Shown one piece after another: positions 23,292 to 36,199 of a stretch of 51,557 bases of DNA. The notes below the pieces were generated by a model. It saw only the letters and a program-made list of their open reading frames with translations, was not told the DNA's origin and searched no databases. Every line of letters begins with the position of its first letter. Position 1 is the stretch's first letter. The stretch comes from Octopus bimaculoides (taxonomy: Eukaryota). The DNA is taken from assembly GCF_001194135.2 (NCBI RefSeq), contig NC_069005.1, positions 30,567,461 through 30,619,017 on the forward strand. The letters run 5' to 3'. Made by a program: the position numbers and the translations under genes.

Positions 23292-26200
23292 CAGCAAAGT
23301 GAGATATGGATGCAATATTCCTTTATTCTTTTGCTGGCTTCAGTCATTTGACTGCGGCCATGCTGGAGCACCACTTTTAGTCAAGCAAATCGACCCCAGG
23401 ACTTATTCTTTGTAAGCCCAGTACTTATTCTGTCGGTCTCTTTTGCCGAACCGCTAAGTTACGGGGATGTAAACACGCCAGCATCAGTTGTCAAGCGATG
23501 TTGGGAGGACAGACACGCAAACACATATATATATATATGAAGGGCTTTTTTCACTTTCTGTCTACCAAATCCACTCACACGGCTTTGGTCAGCCTGAGGC
23601 TATAGTAAATGATGCTTACCCAAGGTGCCACACTGTGGGACTGAACTCAGAACCATTTGGTTGGTAAGCATGTTACTTACCACACAGGCTCTCATAGAGA
23701 GGGTCGAATATGGCTCCTAGTTTGAGAAGATTTTCTTCATAATTATAAGTTGTCACAATACCAGATTTTTTTGCCGCATTATATGTATGCCATATGTCGT
23801 AATATTATGTTGTTATGATATTAAACTTGCTTCTTCTTCTCATTCTCGTTGCAGCCATTGTATATTTAATATCAAACTCGTACAAGTTGTTAACAGAAAG
23901 AACCCAAGTGTGGCTAAAGTGAGCATGTAAGTACTCCTGGACGTTTGTTACAAATGTTCCCCTCTCTTTGTGTTGTTGTTTGTTCCTTCTCGAGTGATGC
24001 CTGGCTCAAAAGGGCTGGTTTCCTAATTTCATTGGTATATAGGTTCCTCAACGGGACGGGACGCCAGTCCATCACAGGTGAGCTGCTAGAGGCAGGAGAA
24101 AGTCGTGGCGAAAGACTCAGTAGAAGTTTGCCATTACCTTCTGCCGGATCCACGTGGAGCTTAAGTGTTTTGATCATATACACACATTGCCTGGTCTGAG
24201 ATTTGAACCTGCGATCCTGCACCGCAAGTCCGTTGCTCTAACTACTAGGCCATGTCCCTCTACTGTGTCTGTATGTACATTATTATTATTGTGAGCTGAG
24301 CGAGTTGTTAAAGCATTAGATAAGACCTTGTGTCATTTCTAGTTCTTTCCTGTTTGCATTATACTTTTGGGGTTGATGAAATAAAGGACCAGTTGAACAA
24401 AACTATTTGGCCACATTTAGTGATGTCTCTTTACATTCTGTTGTCAGCTTGTCTCTTCGTGTTTCCAGAGTCTGAGTCGGCATTCCCAAATCATTCGGAG
24501 CTCATTGTGTTACTTTTTTGATATTTCTTTTATAAGGTGGTGACCTGGCACAATTGTTAGCACATCAGCCAAAAATGCTTAGTGGCATTTTATCCATCTT
24601 TCAAATTCTTCCGATTACGACTTTGCCTTTCATCCTTTCAGGGTTGATAAATTAAGTACCAGTTTCGCACTTGGGTTGATGTAATTGATTTTAACCCTTC
24701 TCCTGAAATTGCCGGCCTTGTGCCAAAATTTGAAACCAATAGTTATTTGTGTTTTTTTTTTTTTCTCCAGGTTGTCTCTCTGTGATTTGGCAGGCAGTGA
24801 GCGTACGTGTAAGACCAATTCCACGGGAGATCGTCTGAAAGAAGCTGGCAACATCAACACTTCACTGCTGACACTTGGCCGGTGCATTGAGACGATGAGA
24901 AGTAACCAGTTAAGAAAGTGAGTTGACTGATGTGGTTTCATTGAGGCAGGTTTTATACGATTGGATGCCTTTCCTGTTCCCAACCCTCATTTGCTTCCAA
25001 ACAAGATAAGGTTTTTCACAAGAAATTGGGAACATGGGATGTCGCTCATATGATGAAGCTTGTTTATGCTATCCTGTGATGTCCAAAGGAGGAGGCACAA
25101 ACACACACATATATACAATGAGCTTATTTAACCCTTTAGGATCCAAACTAACCATATCAAGTCCAAATATTTTTCCTGTTCTATATTCAGACTGGACAGA
25201 TCAGGCCTTTCTCACTAACCCTACAATGGCATTCTAAAAACAAACAATTACATCGTTTAAATCTCAAAGCTATGAGACAATGTATGACAAATTCCAAACC
25301 ATGTGAATAAATAAGCATTACAGGTGATAGAGAAATCTGAGTGCTACCTATTGCCATTCCTGTTGAGGTTGCCGTTAGTAAGAGCATCCAGCTGTAGAAA
25401 CCAAGCCAAGAAGTGAAGCACACTTTGGCCATGATTATTGTACCTTGATGGTATTTAGTTTTGGCCCCAGTGCTGTCTGTGACCCCCATCGTCATTTAAT
25501 GTCCCATGCTGGCATGGGTTGGTTGGATCAACACTAAGCTCCAATGTCTGTTTCAGTGTGGTTTCTACAGCTGGATGGAGGCCCCCTCCTAACACCAATC
25601 AATTTACAGGGTAGACTTGTGCTGTTTCTTTGTTTGTTTTTTTTTTCATGGCACCAGCACTATGTAACTTGCAAGATTAAAGGCTTTGTGACCCCTATTA
25701 TTGATGAAGAGTAGAAAAAAGAGGAAATGCAATAATTCTGGTTGGAGTGATGAGGGGAAGGTATTTTTATATATGATTTCTTTTTCATATCTTTCTTTTT
25801 TTCTTGTCTTTTATTTCTAGGGAGTTTCCAAAGTTGATTCCTTACCGAGACAGCAAGTTAACCCGTCTTTTCCAGGGTTTCTTCAATGGTCATGGCGAGG
25901 CCATAATGATTGTCAACGTGAACAAATGCAGCAATTTGTTTGACGAAACTCTGCAGGTGTTCAAGTTCTCTGCTATTGCCAAGCAGATCGTCATTCAAAA
26001 GGACCCACTGAAGTCACCCTCTGTGAACATCTCACCTGTGCTCCCTGTCAAGCCACTCTCTAACCTTGAAAGGGTTTCAATACCCTGGGCTGAAGATGGT
26101 AAACAATTTTAATCACATCCACATGCCCACTTTTTCATTATAGCATGGAAGGCAGATAATAATGATGATATATATATAATTAACCCATTACTTATTTTGG

Positions 26201-29200
26201 ATGGGGTGAGGGGTTTACATCCATTGCCCCCTTTTTAGCCACCCTATTATTACTCCTCTATCACCAAAAAAGAAAACTATAATTCTCACTAAATATGACT
26301 GAGGCAGTTAGAGGACCTACAGTGCTAGAGATGAGAGCTAAAGCACTCTGATGCTGCACACACATATGGTGGGCTTCTCTCAGTTTCCGTCAACCAAATC
26401 TCCTCAGAAGGCTTTGATCAACCTGAATCTATAGTTACATACAAAAAAAAAACAAAAAAAAAAGCACTTGCCCAAAGTGCTACACAGTGGGACTGAGCCT
26501 GAAACCGTGTGGTTGGGAAGCAAACTTTTTAACCACACAACCAGCCAGCACCTTTGTCCATATTCATTCATTCAGTCTCACTGGAAAATTAGGTCCCATA
26601 ACATTTTCTCTGTAGCTTGCATCAAATTAATCTGAGTTACACTGTTTCTTTGAAAATTCCTCAGTTAACCATTTCACTATTAATCTGAGAAATTGGGCCT
26701 TAGTTTTGGACGTTAAATAAATGAAGGATTTTACAGAGATTTCTTCTCTTACCCAAAATTTTATTCATGTAGTGGGGTTGACCTGATGTTTTCTTGTTTT
26801 TTTTGTTTTTTTTTATATATATATTTTTCCTGTCATCCAAACTATGACTTCATTTCAAGGTATTTTGAGGGGTTTTTTTTTTCTTTCTCGCTCATTCTCA
26901 TTCTTACTTTATTCCCCTCATTCACTTTTTGTCTCCTCCTCTTTATTTTTCTCTCACTCTTACTCTCTCTCTTACTTTTACCCTTTTTCTCTCACTCTCC
27001 CTTTTTCTCTGTCTCCCTCATTCTCTTTTTTTTTTTTCTCTCTTCAGCCACTTTCAACGAACCACTTCCATCTGATGTTGAAGATGAAACCTTTGATGAA
27101 GAACTTACCGAAAGAGAAAGTGTAAATACTATTTTTGTCATTTTGCTTCTCACCATTTTTCATTTTATTTATCCTGGCTTAGTGGTTAGTGTTATACTCA
27201 TGGATCACCATTACTATTATTATTATTATTATTATTACGGCAGCAAGCTGACAGAAGTGTGAGCATGTCAGGTGAAATGCTTAGTAGTATTTTGTCTGCT
27301 GCTACGTTCTGAGTTCAAATTCTACCGAGGTTGACTTAGCCTTTCACCCTTTTAGGGTCAATGAAATAAGTACCTGTTATGCACTGGTGTCAATGTAATT
27401 GACTAAGCTCCCCTTCCCCCAAAATTTTCAAGGCCTTGTGCCTAGAGTACAAATATTATTATTATTATTATTATTATTGTTGTTGTTGTTGTTGTTGTTG
27501 TTTGTCTCAGGGATTATTGAACATCATAGAGACGTGCAAGACAAAGATTTCTTGGCTCCAGAAAATGTTGACTGAAGAGAAGAAGAACCGAATGTTGGAC
27601 GAAATCAAGATACGAGAAGAAGTGACCAAAGAGATGATGAAACAGTTTGTTATCATTGAGAAGAGTTACAAGTGAGTAGACCAGTTTTATTTGTTGGTTA
27701 AATACACAGCCTCCTTTGATCGTTTTTTTGGGGGTTTTTTTTTTTTTAACCCTTTTCATGTCAACCTGCCTAAGCCCATACTTGAAAGTGATCTTAATTA
27801 AAACCTATCAAAGTTTCATGCTAATTTATTTTAGGCGTGGCTGTGTGGTAAGAATCTTGCTTGCCAGCCATATGGTTCTGGTTTCAGTCCCACTACATGG
27901 CACCTTGGGCAACAGTCTTCTACAATAGCTTTGGACCAACCAATACCTTGAGTGAATTTGGTAGGCAGAAACTGAAAGAAGCCCATCATGTGTGTTTGTT
28001 TGGCCACCCCACCCCTGCTGTTGGTGTGTTTATATTCCTGCAACTTAGTGGTTTTGGCAAAAGAGTCCAATAGAATATGTGCTAGGCTTTAAAAAAAAAT
28101 AAGTCCTAGGGTCAATTATTTGACTAAAACCCTTCAAGGTGGGGCTCCAGAATCGCTGCAGTTAAAACTGCTATCTTGATAAATCTATTATTGTTTTCAA
28201 AATTAATTTGAAATGAAGTCAGTATATTTCAATAGAAACATGATAACAGAAAGGTTAACCCCTTTTGCTACCAACCTGTCTGGGGTTGCTCCTGGTTCCA
28301 TGACAGGATCCAAATTAAAAACTTTGGATTACATCGTTAATCTCATCGTCATCATTTAATGTCCACCATCCATGCTGGCATGGGTTGGACAGTTTGACAG
28401 GTGCTGGCCAGCTGGAGCGCTGTGCTAGCCTCTGTTTACTTTGGCATGGATTTTATGGCTTGATGCCAAAGTTAGAAATTGTTTTTAGTATGTTTGTCTC
28501 GGGGTTCACTGAAATTAATTTTAAAAAAAGGTTGTGTAATTCAGCAATAATATAATAACAGAAAGAGTCGAAGTGATTTAAATTAAAATCTCTAACTAAA
28601 ATTCCATGTTAATTTATACTCAGAGTACCAGCTTGAAGACAGTTAATTTACTAACTTTATTTTCGAGTATAATTCAAGTGTATTTCAACAGGAATATGAT
28701 ACCAAAAGGTTTAAATAAATGTAGGCATAATTAATGATATTCATCTCTGTTTTCATTTGGTGACAGTGAAAAACTCCGTGCCAGTCAGCTGGAAGCAGAA
28801 GAACGGTCCGATCAGTGTGTATTGAAGATGCTGAACACTGTAAGCTCCAAGAAGCGTTCTCATGATGAGATGGAGAGTGAAGAGAAATTTGTACCTTTGC
28901 ATGTGTTTGAAGAACTGCAGGAGAAGAAACAGGTAGATTGGATAATGGCTTCTTTGGATCTGAAATGTGTGTTGGTGGTTTTTGTATCTCTTTATCTGTT
29001 GGGGTTGTTTGTGTCTGTAGGTGTTTAGTAGTGCTTGTGTGTCAGATGGCATCGTTTGATTGTATTGCTGGATGCCCTTCCTAATGCCAACCACTACAAG
29101 ATTGTAGTGGGTGCTTTTTACGTGCCACCACCATCGGCCATGATTACAATCTCTCTTGGCTTGAGAGGTCTTCACAAGAACGGTGTATCGGCTGAGACCT

Positions 29201-32200
29201 TTGGCAAAACTTCCATGCTTGTGAAGACTTGTCAAGCCTAGTGAGCTCGTGGTCGATGCCAGTGTCGCATCAATGGCACCTATGCTGGTGGTACATAATA
29301 AGCACCCACTGCACTCTATAGTGGTTGGCATTAGGAAGGGCATCCAGGCGTAGAAAACCATGCCAAATCAGAATGGGACCTGATGCAGCTCCCCGGCTTA
29401 CCAGTTTTCGGTCACTGTCCAACCCATTCTAGTGTGGAAAGCAGATGTTAAATGATGATGATGCTGTTATTTGATGGTATGTGTGGTTGTCTCTTGATGT
29501 ATGTGTATACATGTAATGCACATCTGTAGTTGGTATTATATTCTCTCTTTTCTTTCTCTCAGGAATGTGAATTCAAAATCGAAAAACTAAACCAACAGCT
29601 GGAATCGACAAAAGCTCAGATGCGAAGGCTGACGTTGGATCGTTCTGCATTGCAATCAGAGAAGACTTCGTTACAACTGCAATTACAGGTTCCTGGTATC
29701 TACAAGCATTCGGTAAGTCTCTTGGCTATAAATTGATATGAAATGAAAATGTCTCATTATCATTAATGGAACGAAGGGAACTTGTTGATTTAGTGGATCA
29801 TCCTCACCAAAAGCTGTCTTGTTTGGCAGTCATTGAGAATTAGAAGAAACATGTGATGCTTTTCTAACTTCTTGTGTTCTGAGGTCAGCTTTGCCTTTCA
29901 TTTTTCTGGGATTCATAAAAAGCATATGAGTCTATGGCAGCCAACTTGTGGAATTGAAGCATCTCACGAGATATGTTGCAATATCTGATCCAGTTCTTTG
30001 CATTCTTAGTTCAAATCTTGCCAAAGTCTAATGCTTATTTCAGCCTTTCACTTCTGTAGGCCATTGATGAATTTCCTCTTGACTCTGGACTGTCTTTTCC
30101 TCATATTAAATTCCTGCTTTTTCAGCTCTACCTCAATATCCTACCACTGGCTATTCTATCTTCTATCTCCCTTTAGCAACTAGGCCAACTGTGTGACACG
30201 TGGACTTACATTCAGTTTAGTTTCTTTTTAATGTTTTAGTCATGGTGTGGTACAGGGCAGTAACCATATCTTCAGTTGAATCCCTGCAGAAGCTGGAGAT
30301 GTAGCAGAAGACACTTGCCCAAAGTGCTGCTCAGTGGGACTCAACCTGGGACCACTGGTTGCGAAACAAGCTTCTCAACCACACAGCCACACCTGCACCT
30401 ATTCTCTCTCTGTTTTTGATAATGTTCTTTAATAATAGACTTTAAAAAAAATATCAAGTATGTTACCTGTCATTTGAAATGTACCATTATCAGGTAGTCT
30501 GTATGATATTTATTGTTCTTTTTGGTCAGCTGGAGAATGCCACAAGTATGGGTGACAACATTGAACAGGCAAATGTATTGAACAAATTGACCAGTATGCT
30601 TAGAGACACCCAAGAAAAATTGGGGAATAAGGTATGTTTTAATCCTTTTGTTACCATATTCCTATTGAAGAAATATATCCACTTTATTTCAATTAATTTA
30701 AAAAATAATGAATATAGTAAAATAATTTCCATATTCCTATCAAAATATATCTACTTTATTTCAATTAATTTCCAAAATAATAAAGAATATAGAGGATATA
30801 TTCCTTGGAGCAAAGATTGTTTGCCAACATAACATGGCAGTTCTTGTTTAGGACGAATGTTGCTGTAATTTAGCCCAGCTAAATTTTATCAGGAAGAAAA
30901 TTTTATCACAGCCATGTCTGACTGAGCATTTTAGAAATATTGTGAAGGTAAGGTGTCAGGAAAGATTTAACTGCCTTTTCTAGCATGGTGAGAGGCTTAA
31001 TTATGCTTGTAGTCATCAAAGTTGCTTTAATATTCTAGGAATCTGCCGTAAATGAATTGGAAGAGCAACTCGAAGAAGCTGGTGAGACTTTCAAAGAACA
31101 ACAAGAGAAGATAGAACAACTGGAGAAGATGGTAGAAGAAATGAAGAAAGTAAGAAAGATATTAAAGATATTGTTGAATTCTTTGGTTTAGGCTTCGGTA
31201 AAGTTTCCTTCTTGAGTTGTGAGACTCATAAGAGTGCTTTCTTGGTTTCCATCATCATCATCTAACTTCCGTTTTCCATGCTGGCATGGTTTGGACGGTT
31301 TGACTGAGAACTATTAAGCTGGGGAGCTGCACCAGGTTCCATTCTGATTTGGCATGGTTTCTATGGTTGGGTGCCTTTGCCCTTCCTAATGCCAACCACT
31401 CCAGTAGTGTCGTGGGTGTTTTTTACATGCCACTGGCACTGGTGCCATTGACGTAACACTGGCATCAGCCACAACTATGATCTCACTTCGTTTGACAGGT
31501 TTTCTCAAGCACGGTTTTATAACCAAAGGTCTTGGTCACTTGTCACTGCCTCTGTGAGGTCCAACATTCAAATGGGACTGTTGCCATAGTAACGAAAGTA
31601 AAGCATGCAGAGTAAAGTTGCTTGGCAAAGATTGACCTTGAATTCTGCTGTGCATGGACACTAAGTTTTAATGTCCTAGCTCACTTCTGTTTACAGCAGT
31701 GCTTTGAAGGAACGTGTGTAGCGTGTGATTGTCGCATTGACCATGACGGAGAAAGTTGTCATCCAACATGTACTCATTGAGCTACTTTTTCATTTACCGA
31801 CTCCACTAACAAACCTTTAGTTGTCCGGGAGCTATAGCAGAAGGCATTTGACCTGGTTGCCATGCAATGGAATTGAACCAGAAATCATGGGGTTGGGAAG
31901 CAAACTTAACCACGCAGCCATTCCTGTAATATAAATAACAGTCCATGGTTTAAAAAAATTTTTTTTTTTTTCAAAATTTTCTCTCTTCAGACATCGACAG
32001 AATGCAAGGTGTGTCTGGAGAGATGTGAAGCCGGGTTGCCATTCAAGTCAAAGAAGATGGAGTCTGTTCCAGAAAATGCATCAGGTACAAACACTACTCT
32101 TCCTTTTCAAGGCACAACCAATGAAAAACGAGTTACTAGGAAAATGGTTTGTAATGGTATGGCAGCGAATGGACACAGAACTAATGATCTNNNNNNNNNN

Positions 32201-32575
32201 NNNNNNNNNNNNNNNNNNNNNNNNNNNNNNGCAGACGAGTCTCGTGTGCTACGGGTTTTGCTCAACAACAATTCCAATGGCCGTAACTTGGTTCCGACAC
32301 CGACAAAGACCAGCATGCTACGTATGAAGAAATTTTCTTTGAAACAGTCTGACATTGAAAATAGCCCACCTGGTCTTGTCGGTAAGCTTAATAAGGGAGG
32401 CAAGAAGAAAGAGAGCTTGCGGCATCGTTTGTTGGCTCCGATCTGCTCCAATCTGATTGCTGACAAGAAAAAGAAGAAAACTGAAATCAGGAATCGGCGC
32501 CGCTCTAGTTTAGTTTGCAATAAACGTACTTCTCTTGATATAAGCAGAAAATATAACTTACGAAGTAAAAGATGA
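19161..32575 (+). CDS. KIF20: Kinesin-6 family protein (KIF20A/B-like), short isoform, 16 exons, about 954 aa
   Basis: Motor motifs [16 protein letters not shown] (P-loop), [15 protein letters not shown] (switch I), LCDLAGSER (switch II), IPYRDSKLT. It also has a long loop-6 insertion and a [13 protein letters not shown] neck coil typical of kinesin-6. Phases are consistent; a 40-nt N-gap lies in the last exon. Confidence 0.92.
19686..19941 (+). CDS. KIF20: KIF20 exon 2 with P-loop (…[22 protein letters not shown])
   Basis: 256 nt; tctag acceptor; phase 0 to 1. Confidence 0.95.
20126..20272 (-). mobile_element. Degenerate hammerhead-family copy inserted into a family-D SINE, with a 10-bp TSD
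   Basis: GACACCTGATGAAGGCTG...GAAATGCT at 20212-20167; flanked by TACATTAAGG (20116-20125) and TACGTTAAGG (20273-20282). Confidence 0.65.
20462..20649 (+). CDS. KIF20: KIF20 exon 3 ([17 protein letters not shown]...RLASFE)
   Basis: 188 nt; phase 1 to 0; gtgagt donor. Confidence 0.93.
20935..21010 (+). CDS. KIF20: KIF20 exon 4, loop-6 insertion ([25 protein letters not shown]); donor ambiguous
   Basis: tttcag acceptor; phase-1 donors after 20971, 21010 and 21034 all fit the next exon. Confidence 0.7.
21227..21400. repeat. Possible piggyBac-like MITE fragment (related sequence near 36024-36190)
   Basis: TTAA-CCCTTTAGCATTCAGATT start is shared with about 36024. The TTAA-CCC terminus is suggestive only. 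Confidence 0.35.
22042..22245 (+). CDS. KIF20: KIF20 exon 5 (…[19 protein letters not shown]…GNHYIR)
   Basis: 204 nt; phase 1 to 1; gtgagt donor. Confidence 0.95.
22984..23095 (+). CDS. KIF20: KIF20 exon 6 (GLTEVNV...[11 protein letters not shown]), switch I
   Basis: 112 nt; phase 1 to 2; gtaagg donor. Confidence 0.95.
23241..23288. repeat. (CA)n microsatellite
   Basis: Direct reading. Confidence 0.95.
23855..23926 (+). CDS. KIF20: KIF20 exon 7 ([24 protein letters not shown])
   Basis: 72 nt; phase 2 to 2; gtaagt donor. Confidence 0.93.
24771..24917 (+). CDS. KIF20: KIF20 exon 8 ([12 protein letters not shown]...[16 protein letters not shown]...), switch II
   Basis: 147 nt; phase 2 to 2; gtgagt donor. 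Confidence 0.96.
25821..26098 (+). CDS. KIF20: KIF20 exon 9 (…[13 protein letters not shown]…[15 protein letters not shown]…PWAED)
   Basis: 278 nt; phase 2 to 1. Confidence 0.95.
27048..27121 (+). CDS. KIF20: KIF20 exon 10 ([25 protein letters not shown])
   Basis: 74 nt after a long CT-rich tract; phase 1 to 0. Confidence 0.85.
27511..27671 (+). CDS. KIF20: KIF20 exon 11 (GLLNIIE...[21 protein letters not shown])
   Basis: 161 nt; phase 0 to 2; gtgagt donor. Confidence 0.9.
28767..28932 (+). CDS. KIF20: KIF20 exon 12 ([14 protein letters not shown]...FEELQEKKQ)
   Basis: 166 nt; phase 2 to 0. Confidence 0.85.
29563..29712 (+). CDS. KIF20: KIF20 exon 13 ([14 protein letters not shown]...GIYKHS)
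   Basis: 150 nt; phase 0 to 0; gtaagt donor. Confidence 0.88.
30530..30631 (+). CDS. KIF20: KIF20 exon 14 (LENATSMG...TQEKLGNK)
   Basis: 102 nt; phase 0 to 0; gtatgt donor. Confidence 0.85.
31039..31149 (+). CDS. KIF20: KIF20 exon 15 ([13 protein letters not shown]...MVEEMKK)
   Basis: 111 nt; phase 0 to 0; gtaaga donor. Confidence 0.87.
31991..32575 (+). CDS. KIF20: KIF20 exon 16: terminal exon of the short isoform (TSTECKVC...[10 protein letters not shown]), with an internal donor after 32084
   Basis: ctctcttcag acceptor; ORF 32009..32575 in frame; basic C-terminal tail; AATAAA at 32684-32689 and 33511-33516; N-gap 32191-32230. Confidence 0.82.
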   Translation, partial: TSTECKVCLERCEAGLPFKSKKMESVPENASGTNTTLPFQGTTNEKRVTRKMVCNGMAANGHRTNDXXXXXXXXXXXXXXADESRVLRVLLNNNSNGRNLVPTPTKTSMLRMKKFSLKQSDIENSPPGLVGKLNKGGKKKESLRHRLLAPICSNLIADKKKKKTEIRNRRRSSLVCNKRTSLDISRKYNLRSKR

Positions 32576-32683
32576 TTTCACTTTAGATTAATTTAAACAG
32601 GAAGATTGTACCGAAAGAATTAGGGGCTGTCTTGGGTAAGTTGGTACCAGAAAGGTGAATAATGTGTATACTATTTATGGTAA

Positions 32684-32689
32684 AATAAA
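32684..32689 (+). terminator. Candidate polyadenylation signal of the short KIF20 isoform (a second lies at 33511-33516)
   Basis: AATAAA about 110 nt after the TGA, in repeat-free U-rich 3'UTR-like sequence. Confidence 0.45.
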
Positions 32690-34388
32690 ACATTTTTTTT
32701 AGAAATGTAACGTTATGTAGCAGTATGAAATATTGTAATGACTGGGCAATTTGTTCATTGTGAACCTTATGACTCCAGTAAACTAGAAAAGGTTTCAATA
32801 TCTGACAGCAGATGTCGTTGACAAAGGTCGGATTTCATTACAATATTATAACATTTGCAAGTCTTCCTCTTTTCTTGGTTAAAACCAAGGTCAACTAGTT
32901 TAAGAAGTGGCACCTGTTAGAATTATCATAAGATATAGCAGTTAGATCTGTCTGTGGCTCCCAAATGTCTCATTTTTCTTTGTTCATATCATCTCTAAAC
33001 GTGATACAGACAAACCTTTGTGGAGAACCAACATTATACCATCTGAATCAAAGTTGCAAATTTTGTAGTTGGTAACTTTATACAAGACAATCTCAAATTT
33101 AGAGGAAGCGACGCAAAGACAAACAACTTCTTCAAAGCATCGATGGCCATATTATTTCAGAAGCAGGGCAAGGTTCATTTTATCATCATTATTATTTTTT
33201 TATTTTTTTGAGATTTCTTTTTAATTTGCTGGAGTATGTCATGGATATGAATAGAGTTGATTGTGAATCTGTAGTAATCACCTGAATTACGATGAATGTC
33301 TGCAATCAATCTGTTGGGGATCAGATGTGAGAATTTGAATTAACCACTGTGTGAGTATGTTCGTGTATGTGCGTGAGATTTGAATCAGAGACTAAATTAT
33401 AGCTGAATTATCTCTTTTCACATATCATTGTCCATGATGTTTGGTGTTGTTGTTGTTGATGATTGTCGTGAATGTTGCAGAATTTTTTTTGAAAGAATCG
33501 TAAATTATGGAATAAATTTGTAAATGTCTCGACTAATTTTTGTTGACTTGTTTTTTTTTTTGTTTTTTATTTTTTGATTGGTTTTGTTGTATTGATTGAA
33601 GGGAATTCATTTCCCCCCTTTGAAAACCAGAGAAATCTTCACCTGAAGTCAATACTAACCTAAACTTTTGTTTTGGTTTCAGGTGAAGACCATTCCTGGC
33701 TGTTTGACCACACGGTCACCATATGGTTTCTATTTTTATTTTATTTTTCCCCACTCCAAGTCACGAGCATGTCTTGGCTTGCATCCTGGCCCAGGGTGGT
33801 GTTCGACAAAGGTGTAATCTGATATGATACGATGCTAGGTTGCACCATGACCAGAGATTTTCTCTCTTCCTCCCTGTCTCTCTTTTTCTCTCCATTTGCA
33901 TAATACTGAGAGCCATTCTACAAACTGGAGTTTGCCTCTTAAACTGGCAATTTAATCAATACTGGAGCCAGTTACTGTTGTCATCATTGTCATTGCTGTT
34001 TAGACCCATAAACGTATAATCAAAGGTATTTTAATTATGACCAATGTGTCATTTCTATTTTTAAAATGCCCAGGTGTGATTTCAGGGAAATGCAACCACT
34101 AGCAGATCAAGCTCCCTCCACTCTGTAGCCTCTTGCTTGTATGGCTTAAAAGTTGTATCGAAAATGTGATTGATCTGTTTTGAGCAAGATCTTACTACTA
34201 TTTCTAACAGATCGAGTTCCCTCCCTTCCATAGTTGCTCTCCCTTTCTGACTTATTTTATTGAAAATATGGTGACTAAGGGGTGTTACTTCTGTTGGGAA
34301 CAAGGCAGAAGCTAGTGAGAGAAGATTTATCTCCCCTTACAGAAGCTAGTCTACGTAAAACATCTACATGGAAATTACGTATGTAGAT

Positions 34389-34582
34389 CAGTGCTCAGCA
34401 GGCGGTATGCCGCGGCACGCTGGAGTGCCACGAGACGATGCTAGGTGTGCCGCAGTGTAACCTGAATGTAATTTTTTCCCTATACTTTTAGTTATATTCA
34501 TTTCAAAATTCGGTGGCATACCTAAACTAAAGATATAAGTCCTACAAGTGGTGGAGGGGGAGAAAAGATTTGCCGAGCACTA
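34389..34582. mobile_element. hAT-superfamily MITE (194 bp)
   Basis: Termini CAGTGCTCAGCA ... TGCCGAGCACTA; perfect 8-bp TSD ATGTAGAT at 34381-34388 and 34583-34590. Confidence 0.85.
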
Positions 34583-36199
34583 ATGTAGATGGATGTGTGA
34601 TAGTTTCCCCACTGCTTGATAACCAGTGTGGGCTTGTAACTTAGGGGTTACTGAGAGGAAAGACTACTTTGGGAACTAATTATGTATGTTACAGCTAGAT
34701 TTTTATCTACCTGGTTGTCTGATAAGTAATTTGCTTCCCAACGACACTCTTCTGGATTCAGTCCCACTATGTGGCACATTGGGCAAGTGTCTTGTGAGTG
34801 GATTTGGTAGGCAGAAACTGAAAGAAGCCTTTTGTGTGTGTTTGTGTTTGACACCACCACCACCACCACTGCTTGACAATTGCAGTTGGTGTATTTATAT
34901 CTCTGTAATTTGGTGGTTCGGCAAAAGAGACTGTTAGAATAAGTCCTAGGCTGACAATAAGTCTTGGGTCTATGTGTTTGACTAAAAGCGGTGATCCAGC
35001 ATGGCCACNNNNNNNNNNNNNNNNNNNNNNNNAAAAAAAAAAAAAAAAAAGAACAGTACAATACTGTTTCTACTTTGTGGGTTTTTATCTATCATGGGGC
35101 ATTTTGGAAAGTAACACTCACGATGGTCGAGGGCTTACTGTGTTATTTTATCTCTTGATCGTTTCAATCATTAGACTGGGGCACCACCTTGAATTTTTAG
35201 TCAAATGAATCAATCCTAGTACTTTTTAAGCTTAGTACTTATTTTATTGATCTCTCATGCCTAACTGCTAAGTTATGGGAGACGTAAACACACCAACACC
35301 AGTTGTCATGTGGTGTTGGGGGACAAAGACATTCACACACATATACGACAGGCTTTATTTGGTTTCTGCCCACCAAATTCACTCACAGGGCTTTGGTTGG
35401 CCTGAGGCTGTAGTGATAGACATTTCCAGTGGAAATGAACCGGGAACCGTGTGGTTAGGAAGCAAGCTTCTTACCACAGCCCCAACTGCATCTGTGTATG
35501 GTTATATTATTAAAAAAGATCATTTATAACAAAACTAGACTATTAATTCCAAATGGGTTTGGAAGGTAAAGTGTTAATCCATCATATCTGGGTCACAAAG
35601 TTTGCAGTTTGTGATCCATTTCTGGTTCTATGATGCAAATTCCAAATTATGTTTCAAACACAAGATAAATAATCTCAAAATTATTTTACTAAATTCTTCA
35701 CTATTTTCAAAATTAATAGAAACAAGGGTATCATGTTTCAACTGAGAGCATTATCATCATTTAACATCCGTTATCCATGCTGGCATGGGTTGAACGCTTG
35801 TGATGAAAGCTGGTAAGCCGGGTAGGGGAGGGCTGCACCAGACTCCAGTCTGATTTGGCATGGTTTCCACAGCTGGATACCTTTCCTAATGCCAACCATT
35901 TTACAGAGCGTGCTGGATGCTTTTATGTGGCATTCCCATGGGTGCTTTACACAACCAGAGGGATCGGTCTTAGCACTTGTGCTGCAGGGTACAGGTCTTC
36001 TTGACTACAGCCAAACAAATGGGTTAACTTTAGCATTCAGATTACACTGTCAAATGTAATGCTTATTTTTTCACATAAATTTGAATTAATCATACATTAT
36101 GTTGTGTCTCCGGGATTTCAGTGATGTGATGGTTTATCTCGAGAATGACATTGTAGGTGTGATTGGCTGGATCTTTTTGGTTTGAACATAAAACAAAAT

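Noticed and set aside
30654-30793. Diverged ~70-bp tandem dimer in the intron after exon 14
   Set aside because: An ordinary AT-rich local duplication with no functional hallmark.
33719-33760. Transmembrane anchor VTIWFLFLFYF for a kinesin isoform
   Set aside because: Too short and explained by translation of a T-rich tract.
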